A stretch of 64,000 nucleotides of DNA, taken from assembly GCA_964016885.1 (NCBI GenBank), contig OZ024740.1, forward strand, positions 202,926,001 to 202,990,000, read 5' to 3'. Positions within the stretch are counted from its first letter, which is position 1. Each line of letters begins with the position of its first letter. The notes below the pieces were generated by a model. The model ran no database searches, had not been told where the DNA came from, and saw only the letters and a program-made list of their open reading frames with translations. The position numbers and the translations under genes are program-made. The stretch comes from Eledone cirrhosa. Taxonomy: Eukaryota. Of the stretch, positions 51,531 to 64,000 are shown piece after piece.

Positions 51531-51665
51531 CGAAGTGTGTTTTATACATTTTGACATAACCAAGAAAAATACCTTAACGGTTCAAATACCTTCCACTATC
51601 CAAGGAAAACTTAAACCGTTAAGGTATTTTGGGGGGTTATGTCAAAATTTATAAAACACACTTCG

Positions 51666-51726
51666 TATTTTATCTGATGAAAGCGTACCAAAGTTTTGGT
51701 ACCCTTGAAATATATATAATAGAATA
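51666..51726 (+). ncRNA. Type I hammerhead ribozyme motif
   Basis: 8-bp stem I TATTTTAT/ATAGAATA, CTGATGA, stem II GTACCAAA/TTTGGTAC, GAAA, palindromic stem III. Confidence 0.78.
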
Positions 51727-51765
51727 AATATGGTTTTATAAATATAGTTTCCATTTATTTAATAT

Positions 51766-51822
<57 letters not shown>

Positions 51823-51827
<5 letters not shown>

Positions 51828-52090
51828 AATTAAGTTAAAAATGTGCATCTACATATGCATACTAGTATTTCAGTATGCATATGTAGATGTACATTTTTAA
51901 CTTAATTGTTTAAGCGTCAGTCATACAAAAGTGAGTTACAAACGAAACGAAATTTAATTTCGTTTCGTTATTTGTTTTTATATATATATATATATATAAG
52001 AAATACAAATTTAACTAGGAAATAAGTTTAAATATTCGGGCTTCTAACCAAATATTTAAACTTATTTCCTAGTTAAATTTGTATTTCTTA
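51823..52090. repeat. Three further hairpin palindromes
   Basis: 51823-51912 (~40-bp arms), ~51941-51969, and 51997-52090 (~40-bp arms). Confidence 0.9.
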
Positions 52091-52173
52091 TTCTACAATG
52101 CTTCAAGCAAACTACAACATTTTATATATATATATATTATAAAGGGCCGTTTCAGCAGCTAGTTCCAGACTGA

Positions 52174-52251
<78 letters not shown>

Positions 52252-52462
52252 TACAAACTCTTCGTACTCCTTGAGATGAGGGTTGCACATTTTTTTTTCG
52301 GGGGTATGTGTTACCCATATGTAATGTCTCCCCCTATTGGGGAAAATCGACTAATTTTTAAATTGCATTTGTGATAATATTTTACACGTTTTTATTGTAT
52401 GTAAACTTCCCCCTTTGTATTTGTCCCCTTCTTTTGTGCCCCTGTGGCTAATAAAGAAACAT
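52252..52462 (+). mobile_element. Tx1 3'-UTR stub between (TATC)n tracts
   Basis: Close match to 57962-58168. Confidence 0.9.
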
Positions 52463-52490
52463 ATCTATCTATCTATCTATCTATTTATTT

Positions 52491-55400
52491 AGATGGAAAG
52501 AGACAGATATAAGCGTTATATCTCCTTCTATTTCCATAGAGACGAACAACATCTATGGAGACGAACAACAACAAAACTTCGTTTCGTAAAGAAATGAATA
52601 TTCACACAACAAAAGATGAAAATAACAGCCCACAACAGACACCAAAAAACACAGAAAATGTTGAAATTGAAACAATTGACACAACTACACACGGAAAAAC
52701 CAACAACAACACCAATAAGATGAAAATGTGATCAACACCAACCAGAACAACAACAACTACAACAACAACAATAATTACAACATGAACAACAACAACAACA
52801 GCAACAATGATAACAACGACACCACCAACAACAACAGCAACACGAACAACTCCACAAACAAGGAAAAGATTTCCTTTGCTCAAACCGTCCAAAAGACGGA
52901 ACTGTTTACATACCTTGACATTTCCAATGCTAGGGAGCTGTTAAGTGATGCAAAGCAGTACGTAACTTTTGGTGAGAGTGGTGCTTTCAGCATCACTTCT
53001 CCTCAACAGTTACGTAGAGAAACTGTCCTAAAAACAGTAATTTTTAGGACAGTTTCAAATGTGTCAAAAAAACCAGTTCAATTATCTCAAAACGACATTG
53101 AACTGGTTCTGAAAAATTCAATGAAGGATATTGCCTTCATCCAAAAAGGTAAACTTTTTGGAAGCATTTCGGTGCTGATGAAAGACCAATTGACGGCACA
53201 AAAATATTCTGTGTCGCCAATTGTGTCCCCCCTTTACACCTTTTTTCCTCACATATATGGGAAAAAGAACCCCAAAATTAAAATTGCAAATATTACACCA
53301 AACGTAAACGTTTGGTGGATTTTGACTGGCTTCATCGATTTCGATGAAGACACAATTATTTCAGTGGGAAAGTCCTCCAGAGGCACGTTCAATGGTACTA
53401 GCCTGGAAGTTCTGGTCCAAATGAGGCCAGAACGAATAGCTAAAGTACCCAACATGTGCCTCTGGATGGAATTTCATACATAAACATTTCTGATGAGGGT
53501 AGGCGGCCTTCATGTTACCACTGTTTAAGCAGTGGTCACCTGAAGGCTTACTGTCCTCAGCTAGCTGCAAAAAAAAAGATGCACTACTGCCAACACCCAA
53601 AACAACAACACAACCACCACCACCACCACCACCACCACCACAACAACAACAAGAACATGCAAACATAACCAAAACAAGAACAACAAACCAAACTGCAAGC
53701 ACAGTCCCACCCAACCCCACTCCACCTAAAACCACTGCAAAAACATCCACAAACACAACAGCTCCCCAAAACATACCCCTTCCAAATAACACAGACACCA
53801 CAACGGACGAGGCCCCCTCATCATCACCAAGTGACGATGAGGGAGAGCCTCTCCGTTCGAAAAGAAAGAAGAAAAGGCAGCACAAGAACAAAAAAGCAAC
53901 AAACATCACTACAAACATACGACCACAAACACAAACAACACAAACATTACAAACCCCCCCCCCCCCCCCGTCCCGAAAACAAAAGCACGACATCACTCCA
54001 AACACAAACACCTACAACAAAACGAAAGCTCACACAAGAACAACAGACAAAAACCAACACAACACAACAAGAACATTACACATACATAAACAGTGACAAT
54101 AAAACTTTAATGAAGGTCAACTCCAACGACCCTTCGGTGAAAACCGAAGGAAAAACTTTTTCGAACTGTGCAGGCAAACCTAATTTAAAGATGATTAGGG
54201 TCCCTACGGACACCTATAAGTCTTTAAAGGAAAACTTTCCTAAGGACGTGGGTAATCCTTGTGTTAAACCCATTAAACGCGTCCTTTTAAAATGTTTCCC
54301 CATCCTCACCCCAGACACCCCCGTCCCATCAGACACCCCCTCTCCACTAAACATCTCCGTCCCCACCCCACCGGAAACCACCACATATACAGACAACCCC
54401 TCCAACACCCCCATGGAAATCGTGCAGCCTGGTCCCTAGGAGAGGAAGAGGTGAGTGATTTCTTTTCCTCTTCTTTTAACTTTTCAGCACCAACATGGCC
54501 AATATAAGAGTTGGCTGTGTGAATGTACGCGGCCTGGGGATGCCCTGGAAACAGGGCAAACTCTTAAACGACCTCAGGTCGCACAGTATGGATGTGGTAG
54601 CCATTTGCGAGTCCAGAATCCACAGCGAGCGACAGCTGGCCCCGATCTTCGATGACTTTGAGATCTACGCATCTCTCTGTCAACCGGGGGGTGGGGGCGG
54701 AGTTGCCGTTTTGCTGCGGAAATACTTGGGCTTCGTAACACAGACGGTACATATGGATCCGGAGGGTCGACTAGTGGTCCTAGACGTTGACGGTAGTGAA
54801 GGTGGAGCCTTCAGGCTGGTGGCCGCATATGCCCCATCCGGGACACCGCGGCCAGACTTCTTCAAACGTCTAGAGACTTTTCTGGGAACGTCCCGCTCCT
54901 TGCTTTTAGTGGGGGACTGGAATGGAATCCTAGATGCACGCTGGGACTATGTGGGAGCATGTCCCGATAAAGGGGGGTGTAACAGCCTCAAACAGTTAAT
55001 CGACCGATTTGACCTGGCCGATAGATATCGACTAGATTTTCCGACTGTACCACTGTGGGGGTGGACTAATCGTAGCGGAACATCTAGATCGTACCTAGAT
55101 AGGGTTCTAGTTAGAAATAAGGATAGGGACATGTTAAGCTGTCCACAAATGTTCATGGTTGCCTATTCAGATCACAAACTAGTGACCTGCATGGCCAACC
55201 TTGATAGAACCCATAGACAAGGACCCGGCTACTGGAAGCTGAACTTGTTGTTACCGACAAGCAAAGCCTACAACAGACGGATTAGCACTTTAGTTAAACA
55301 GCACTTGACAGGGGCCATTGTCAACAACAGATGGTGGTACTCTCTCAAGAGGGCAGTTAGATTAGACTCGTTAGTTTTTAGCAAAGAATTAGCGTTAGAT

Positions 55401-58169
55401 AGAAATAGAACCGAGAAGGAACTGGTAGATATAGTAGAAGAGGCAATTAGAAGTGGCAACGTAGCCAGCGTGCTACCAACGAGGACGGGCTTGGACCAGT
55501 TCTTCGACGCAAAGCACGAGGGCTGCGTTGTCAGAAGCAAAATACGTGTTCTGGGAAACGAGGGAGCCAAAGCTGTTAGCTGGGCCCGAGTGACGGAGGC
55601 AAAAAGTGGCAACAAGTCCACGATTCGGTCTTTGAAGGACCAAAACGGACGCGTGATACGTGAGCCGAAGCAGATGTGTGCGGCCTTTCAGCGACACTTT
55701 GCTCAACTGTTCGGGCGGGGCGGCGCGTCGGGAGGGGCCATGTATTTCGGTCCATACCTCGACGGCCTACCGCGACTCTCGGACAGCGAGGCAAAGTTCT
55801 GCGAAAAGGCGATTTCAGCCGCTGAGATAGGGGACGCGCTGAGCCAATGCGGCAAACGCAAATCTCCAGGTCTCGACGGTCTACCCTACGAATTTTACGT
55901 AGCAATGCCGGACTTATTCTCCGGTCTCCTGGAAGCGGTCTACTGCAACTGGCAACAGAACGGGAGAATTCCCAGTTCTGTAACCGGGGGCGTAGTCACA
56001 CTAGTCAGGAAGGACGAGAATAGGGGGGATGACATAGGCAACTTCCGGCCCATAACTCTGCTAAACACAGGGTTACAGATTTTGGCCAAGGTGTTGGCAA
56101 AGAGGCTGGCGCTTGTCGTCGAGAACCTGGTGGGAGAAGCGCAGACATGCGCAATCCCGACCAGGTCCATACACGACAACCTCCACCTCATACGATACAT
56201 CATAGAGAGGGTAGGGTGTAAACCCGGCTTCGGTGGGGCCCTGATCAACTTGGATCAGTCTAAGGCTTTCGATAGGGTTGACCATCGTTACCTGGATGCG
56301 GTGCTCGAGGCGGCAGGCTTCGGGCCCGTGTTTAGGGGCTGGATTGCTGCAATGCACAACAGCAATATCTGCTCAAGGTTCAAGGTGAACGGCTACCTCT
56401 CGGAGCCGTTCCATATTACACATCCATTCGACAGGGATGCCCTCTCTCCTCCCTTCTGTACGTACTGACTCTCGAGCCACTACTGTGGAAGTTGGAGCTA
56501 TTGCAGGGCATCCCTCTGGAACCGGGACTGCGAAAAGCGGCATCGGCCTACGCCGACGACGTGACAGTAATGGTGTCGAGCGCCTCGCAAATCGAGGAAG
56601 TCGGCACCTTACTGAAGGAATACGAAAGTTTCACAGGAGCGAAGCTGAACCGGGACAAGTCCATCGGTTTGCAACTCGGAACGTGGAGAGGCAAACCGAT
56701 GCCTTCCGATGGCGTCGTCGGACGCTGGACGGAAGGACCGGTAAAGCTGCTCGGGGTTTGGTTTGGTCCGGACCTCCAGGTGGAGAAGAACCGAAACGAA
56801 GTGACGGCCAAGGTGTTTGCACTCACTCAGAAGTGGGCCGAGTGCAAACTATCCTTGAAAGGTCGAGCGGAGGTGGCGAACACTTTTATAGCGTCCACCA
56901 TCTACTACCGCTTGACCGTCGTGCCTTGTCCAGCCCAGACGCTCGCCAAAATGGGGCGCGCGCTCTTCCAATTCGATTGGAAGAGGCGGGCTCTTTTGGT
57001 GAGAAGATCCATCTGCTGCAACACCCTTCTAACGGAGGGCTGGGGATGCCGTGGCTGACGATGCGCAAACACGCGCTCAGGCTGCGGCATCTCCACGTAT
57101 TCCTCACCGGACAACCGGTGTGGGCCCCGCCCCGTTCCTGAGGCGAGCCTACCCATGACTCGTCTCGCTGACCGAGCTGCAGTCCTGGGTCAAGCAAAGA
57201 CCGAGTAAAATGGGCGACTGGCACATCGAATGTGCTCATGCGCTCACAGCCCTCTGGCAAACGGACCCGGCGATCAGTGGAGACTCCACTTCGTCATTCT
57301 ATAGAGAGTTGGTCCGTAGCAAGTGCGACGACGCGCTCGGAGAAACTCTAGGCGTAGAGGAGAACGAACTGGCCAGTCTGTTCGGTGGGACCTTCCGCTC
57401 CGGACCGATGGACAACTTCCAAAAGTCCCTGGCCTGGCAGTGCTACCGAGGAGCTCTACCAGTTCGAGACAAGCTCTACAGACATGGGCGCCCGGGCAGG
57501 GACCCTGCAAAAAAGATCTGTCCGAGGTGCGTGCGTAACGAAGAAACCGTCGCGCATGCATTCATACACTGCCCGGGCGTCACTGACCTGTGGGGCTATG
57601 TAGAACGACTATTGTCGCGGGTGGAACCAATCCGGTTGACCACCGAGTCCATTGTCATGATAAAACCGCCACCCTCCTTCAAAAACGAAGGAGAGGCGGT
57701 TTTCCTTTGTGTGATAGCTATGGCGAAAGAGTTTGTATGGTGGACAAGGTTGAAAGGGCTGAGGTCAGACACCTTTCTCTCCGGCCAACAACTGATTCTT
57801 TTTTTCAAATACCACTTTGGAAGAAGAATCAGGATGGAGAGAGAGGTACCCCAGCAAGTTTTATGAAAGGTGGGTGAAAGTGGCGAGAATGGCCCGAGTG
57901 AATGGGCCTTCTCTCTATATCAGCCTGTAGGTTGAGGAAAAGGAGGAGAAGAAGAAAGGAGTACAAACTCTTCGTACTCCTGGAGTTGAGGGTTGCACAT
58001 TTTGTCGGGGGTATGTGTTACCCATATGAACTGTCTCCCCCTATTGGGGAAATTCGACTAATTTTTTAAATTGCATTTGTGATAACATTTTACACGTTTT
58101 TATTGTATGTAAACTTCCTCCTTTGTATTTGTCCCCTTCTTTTGTGCCCCTGTGGCTAATAAAGAAATA
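52491..58169 (+). mobile_element. Tx1/L1-clade LINE, copy C, best preserved
   Basis: ORF1 CYHCLSSGHLKAYC; ORF2 from ATG 54495, open for >600 codons (APE + RT), later frameshifts; AYADD; CPRC..H..C; AATAAA then TATC. Confidence 0.96.
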
Positions 58170-59349
58170 TATCTATTTATCTATCTTCTAGATTCAGTCA
58201 TTGGACTATAGCCATGCTGGGTCACCGCAATGATTTAGTCTATCATATTGATTCCAGTACTTACTTTATCGATCTTTTGTTTGTAAAACCATTAAACTTG
58301 GGACATATACACAGGCAAAAACACAAACGTAACACACACACACGCACACTAACACACGCATACTAACACACACACATACATTTTCTAGCAGTCTCTCTCT
58401 CTCTCTGTTAGCCTCTTCCTCAACTTTCACTCACTCATTCTCTGTCACTACCTCTCCTCCTCCTCCTCCTCCTTCTCCTCTTTCTTCCCGTTTGACTTGT
58501 CCGAATTCTTTTCTCGCGCGCTCTTGGCCAAGCCGGTATGAATTTTGTTTCTCTCTCTCTCTTTCGTCTGCGACTTCACAGAACTTATGTTTACCGAATT
58601 CGCAGACCAGACCCCTTTTTCCTCCCGTTAGACCTGTGCGAAATTCCTTCCTTGCTCACATTTCAACCAGGTTTGATGGTCTTTAGTCTCTCGTTCACGA
58701 TTTCACCGAGTTTATATTCATAGAAATCTGGGACTTGTCTCTTTCTTCTCACTTTCTGTTGCTTAAACCATTTTGTTTGTTCACCCCAGCGTCCCCTTTA
58801 TTTACGTGTCCCAACGACTTTTTTTAGCCGTTGTTCGCACCAACCTGAGGTATATGGCCTTTAAAGTGATGAAATGCCTAGGACGGCTGGAAGGCCACTG
58901 ATGAAGGACTTACTTTTTCATATGTAACCCATTTGCAACGCCGCAGCTCCATTATTATCATATATATACATATATATATATATATACAGATTTACGCACA
59001 ATATACACAAACACATACGTGCACACACGTAATATATATATTAGAGACACGTGTCGTTGCCCTGTGTCTGAGAAGGATAGCTAGATAGTTAAATACACAA
59101 ATATATAGAGATCTGGCTAGATAATAATTGAGTCATATTGAGATATAGTTTAACACTTTGCCACATCGTTATGCTGTAGAAGTTGTATATTTTCTCCGAC
59201 AATATCTAGAGAACGACACCCATCATAAATTTGAGATTAAAAAATCAGTTTTCCATAACTTTGAACATATGTTATTGATTCTACAAATATAACAAACCGA
59301 ATCTGTATTGAGGACAATAAATCAACATTTTTCATTCTTTTCAACTGAG

Positions 59350-59412
<63 letters not shown>

Positions 59413-59529
59413 ATACACTTCCGTTCTCAGCACAAAGGAAAACATATGATTTCTTCGATTCGTAAATATGTTTGATTATAGTGTTCACAAATGAATATAG
59501 TGTTCAAAAAGGTTTCTGTGTTGTACGAG

Positions 59530-60359
59530 GGTCACCGCTCCCAGATGCACCTTGTGTAATCAATCAGAAGATGCTGGTGTGGTCGGGTTTAGGAGATCAG
59601 CAAAGTATTCTCTCCACTTCGCAAGGATACATCTATCTGAAGAGAGGAGAATCCCAGACACCTTCTTGGTAGCAGGTGTGGAGGAGGGCTTCCTATTACC
59701 AAGTCGGTGGATGGTCTGCTCGAACACTTTATATGCTGATCTGTAGTCGGATTCTAGTTTAACCCCAAAGTCCTCCCATGTCTTCACTTTGGACGTCTTT
59801 ACTGTCTCTGCTGCGATCCTTCGTGCCTGCGTGTACAGTTATCTTCAATTCGTGCCAACCCTTACCTATGGTCACAAATCTTGGATAATGACCGAAAGAA
59901 TACGATCACGAATATAAGCAGCCGAAATGGGATTCCACCAAAGGTCCCTTGGAGTAACGCTACTCGTTAAAGTGCTTAGCTCGGAGATCAGAGAGTTACG
60001 CCAGGTAGAGCCACTACTTCTCCGAATTGAGAGATCACAGCTCCGAAACTATGAGCATGTGATTAGAATGTCTCTGGAAAGAATCGATGGACATATTTTC
60101 GGGTCAAACCAAATGGCAAGAGACCCAGGGGTAGATCCCGAGTAAGATGGTTGGATAACATCCATCAACTTGGCTTGTCTCGCTTGAGGATCCAGCTGGA
60201 TCATTTGAAGACGGTTGCTTCTGACAGGACCCGTTGGAAGGAATGTTTGAGGACTCTGCCCCTGCGACCTTCTCAGAAAAGAGTGGGAGAAGAAGAAGAA
60301 GAAGAAGAAGAAGAAGAAGAAGAAGAAGAAGAAGAAGAAGAAGAAGAAGAAGAAGAAGA
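59530..60359 (+). mobile_element. RTE (Expander/Rex3-like) LINE: inverted internal piece plus 3' end with (GAA)n tail
   Basis: Minus 59530-59838: KTWEDFGVKLESDY..KWREYFADLLNP; plus 59850-60285: PTLTYGH..IERSQLR..DRTRWK; (GAA)n 60288-60359. Confidence 0.8.
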
Positions 60360-60469
60360 TAACAGGCAATCTCGGAGTGATGAATGATAAAAATTACAGG
60401 AAAAACCTCTTAATATCAACATCATACAGGTAGCTATATTGTTTTTACTGTATACATCAGGGAGGGGAT

Positions 60470-60820
60470 AGAATGGTCCTCCGTCGGTTTCGAAGATGTG
60501 TGTTACATTTGTTTGATCAACAGAGCAGGCTGCTTATGAAATTAATGTGTAAATGTCTGAGTATTCCACAGACACGTGTACACTTAACGTAATTCTGCGG
60601 GAGGTCCAGTGTGACACTGTTTGTAATGACTGCCTCTTTGAATAACAGATATATTCCATTTGATGGGCTTCCAAACAGTTTCTGTCTACTCAATTATAGT
60701 CATAATGCATGGGTTGACTTGAGGTTATGATAAATGATATTTACCCAACATGTCACAGAGTGGGATTCAATCTGGGACTTAATGATTGGAAAACGGATTT
60801 ATTAACCATTCGGCCATATT
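60470..60820 (-). mobile_element. Decayed SINE pair
   Basis: Reverse complement of the arrangement at 5805-6140. Confidence 0.6.
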
Positions 60821-61888
60821 GCTTCCGCCCCTACACTCTGACGACTCTGCTAATTCGCCGGACAAAACCACAACACAGCAAATAAAATACACAATTTGAA
60901 TATATAGTTTTGGTTTATTCTTTATTAGGTAAATTACATTTATAAATAGATTTGATTTTATCTTTTACTGTTTTATTATTTTTTTTTTGTTGTTACTATG
61001 TGGTGTGTTTGCCCACTAGGACTGGAGATTTGGTCCTAGTATTTTTGTCCATTCGTGTTTTGTCTGGTGGGGTGTTTTATCCTGGTGGGGTTTTTGGCCG
61101 GTATATGCGCAGGGGGCTGGAGGTTTTGTTCGTATCCCAAAGTATACATCTGTATAATTTCCAGATTCTACTGACTAAACATCATATCAACAATATTTAG
61201 GTCAAGTAACACACAGTTTGAGGTTATTCAAGTGTTTCAAATTTGTTTGGCTGTTTATAAACTGAAGGCCAGCTAATATCCAGTATCATTTTCAGAAAGA
61301 ACTTTAAACCAAAATCTATTTATCTCTCTCTTAACTCACGACAAGGAACGCTTTAGCTCAAGTATTTGCTTCTGCTTGCTTAGTTTCAATAAAACATAAT
61401 CCTGAACTGAATTCCGTGTTTTATCTGTGAATGAAATGTAATGAAATGTAATGAAATGTATCAGAGATAAAAATTTATTGATAAACAGGCAATAAATACA
61501 TCTAAAGAAATGGATATTGGTATCGATTGGACGGATATATAAGGAAACAGAGGTGGTGGTGGTAGTGGGGCTATGGTGGTGGGGTGGGGTTATGGTAATG
61601 ATGGAGGGATTATTGGGGTGAGGAACTGAAGAATGGAGGGGAGGAGATGGTGGTGGTGATGGTAGTGTTGCTGGTGGTGTGGGTAGTACTGGTGCCTTTG
61701 GTAGTACAGGTGGTAGCGTAGGTGGGGTGGGGGTGGGGTGTTGGTGTTGGTGGGGGCAATGGTTTGCTCGTGGTGGAGGAGGGGTGACTATCTGTCTTGA
61801 AATTGCGAAGTACCAGTTCATTAGCGTTTTTCCCATTCGCTATATTCAGACAGTAAAACTCTATTTATATGTCTACATTTCATGTAAA

Positions 61889-62225
61889 GGTACGTGGCTT
61901 GATATTTAGGGGTATCAGCTCAGGATCGAAGAGTCATGATTTCGATTCTTGTGCTGGGCCGTATGTTGTGTCCTTGAGCAAGACGTTTTATTTCACGTTG
62001 CTCCAGTCCACTCGGCTGGTAAAAATGAATTGTACCTGTAATTTAAGGTATCAATCAGCCTTGTCACACATTGTGTCACGCTGAATTTCCCTGAGAATTG
62101 TGTTAAGGGTGCACGTGTTTGTGGAATGCTTAGCCACTTACACGTTAATTTCACGAGCAAATTGTTCCGTTAATTGAATCAATTGGAGCAGTCGTCGTCG
62201 GAAACGACGGAGGTCCAACAACACA
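61889..62225 (+). mobile_element. Full-length tRNA-derived SINE (second family)
   Basis: GGTACGTGGCTT head, TTCGATTC B box, GTTGTGTCCTTGAGCAAGAC core, CGACGGAGGTCCAACAAC tail. Confidence 0.75.
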
Positions 62226-62424
62226 CTTCATGCAAAGTACTCCTCTCAAGCATTTTTCAAGCACTCCACTGCATTATTTCTTTCTTCGTTGCTATATATT
62301 TGGACATATATTAAATCTAGACAACTTGCTTCGCTAATGAGTCATACAGGAACGAAATATGTCCATTGCTTTCACAAAGTTGGCTTATAGACAATGTCCA
62401 CATGCGCTGCACTGTTCAAAAAGA

Positions 62425-62582
62425 TTTGGATCAGGTATTGCCGTCGAATTTGTCTCCTTTGCTTCTCATTACCTGAGCAACCCTAAAAGCAGGTTGCGGG
62501 CATAGTCCCAGTTAATTGAAGGTTTTTCCTATCACCATATTCAAAATATGAGACACTCTCGTCTCTATACAGATATATAATA

Positions 62583-62665
<83 letters not shown>

Positions 62666-62843
62666 ATGAAAACTCACACGGTTACATAACATGAACTGAC
62701 AAATGCATTGTTACCTCGTCAGCCACCTTACTGGCAGTGCAGTTTAACGCATTAAGGTGGCACTGCATTTGCGCAATAAATCGGAGTGTTGATGTGATAC
62801 ATATGAGACGATAACAAAACAACGAATAGACAGGGTACATTTG

Positions 62844-62901
<58 letters not shown>

Positions 62902-62998
62902 CTCAGAGAGTGGGATTAGTCAAGTGCATGACCTGCCTAAAAATGCACCAAACTCTATAATCTGACAAGCGATTGTAACACTCTTAGCAGAGTTTTTA

Positions 62999-63031
<33 letters not shown>

Positions 63032-63326
63032 GAAAATCGTAATTGACAATATGCTCAGAAATTGAAGAGGGACTGTGTTACGCTCTCTTCTGTAATCAGT
63101 AAAGTAATCCATGATACATTTAAAAAAGATGATATATATAAACTGCATTATGGTGAAATGTAATGAAAACGAAAAAGGAGAAAATTAACGACGGAAATAT
63201 AAACGTTATGATATAAAGATACAAATATATTAACGTTTGGATCAGGTATTGCCGTCGAATTTGTCTCCTTTGCTTCTCATTACCTGAGCAACCCTAAAAG
63301 CAGGTTGCGGGCATAGTCCCAGTTAA
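62425..63326. repeat. Exact 91-bp direct repeat pair (62425-62515 and 63236-63326)
   Basis: Identical TTTGGATCAGGTATTG...CATAGTCCCAGTTAA, offset 811 bp. Confidence 0.92.
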
Positions 63327-63480
63327 GGGATATGATATATCATAACCGGAAGTATTGACATTTGAAAATTTTAAAAGTTAATCTTAAAATAAGCAATCAT
63401 TATATATAAGAATGTTTATGTTTAATCAACAGTTACGAAATTTAGTACATAAATTATGTAATATTCATTCATTATTTATT

Positions 63481-63665
63481 TGGATTGGCTATATCGGTAG
63501 AGGGTCGGACGCCATGCTTTGACGCATAGAGTTACAGCCCTTTATGATCTGAGTTCAAATCCCGCCGAGGTTAACTTTGCCTTTCATCCTTACGGGGTCG
63601 ATAAAATAAAGTACCAGTAATGCACTGAGTAATTGCTGGCCTTGTGCCAAAAGTAGAAACAATTA
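63481..63665 (+). mobile_element. tRNA-derived SINE (family of 7222)
   Basis: A/B boxes and Meta-like body. Confidence 0.85.
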
Positions 63666-64000
63666 TTTATTGAAAGTAATCCAACTTATTTTACTAACGA
63701 GATAAAAAAAATATATTCAGGACACAGTGCGGCACTCCTTCCTCTATTATATTATGATTTCAATGGCCAGGTTGCGTAGAATCCCGGTGACATCACCAAA
63801 CTTCAATAAATACATATACAGGGGTGGTGGAAGCATTTCTGAATTGGAGGGGGGTGAAGTGGCAAATTTGGTCAATTTAGATATAGTGATTTAGTTTAGC
63901 TCTTTGAACTCTAGAATGGTCAGAAAACTCCGATATCCGATAAACATAACATATACATAAATTATAGCGCATATCCAAATAGATGTGTGTTTTGGTAGTT

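Larger units (their letters stand above)
51426..51770. repeat. Inverted repeat, ~157-bp arms, 31-bp spacer, one hammerhead per arm
   Basis: 51426-51582 versus 51614-51770. Confidence 0.92.

Noticed and set aside
52252-58168. Direct repeats around LINE copy C as true LTRs
   Set aside because: No TG..CA ends, PBS or integrase; they are LINE 3' UTRs ending in AATAAA and TATC.
58898-58950. CTGATGAAGG as another hammerhead
   Set aside because: No GAAA and no convincing stems; at most a decayed relic.
61336-61836. Pro/Thr-rich 166-aa ORF
   Set aside because: Arises from GGT-rich low-complexity DNA; no recognisable domain.
63723-63729. Isolated CACAGTG heptamer
   Set aside because: No partner inverted repeat or TSD found; expected by chance.

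Overview
Animal genomic DNA made almost entirely of transposable elements and simple repeats. The SINE families resemble octopod cephalopod SINEs (recalled, not searched), and no convincing host gene is present. Main contents: (1) at 21-1853, a Transib/RAG1-like DNA transposon with both ends intact (CACAGTG inverted termini, 5-bp target duplication CTTGC) and a decayed, internally deleted transposase; (2) a full-length Gypsy LTR retrotransposon at 20017-26000; (3) three near-full-length Tx1/L1-type LINEs plus 3' stubs, stacked head-to-tail at (TATC)n tracts; (4) three Penelope-like elements and many short relics carrying about 14 hammerhead-ribozyme motifs, including two core variants, often as palindromes in (TA)n; (5) an R4/Dong-type element, RTE fragments, two non-autonomous Helitrons, tRNA-derived SINEs, and a 3.5-kb 13-bp satellite grown inside a TTAA-inserted element. 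All assignments come from reading motifs by eye; no search was run.
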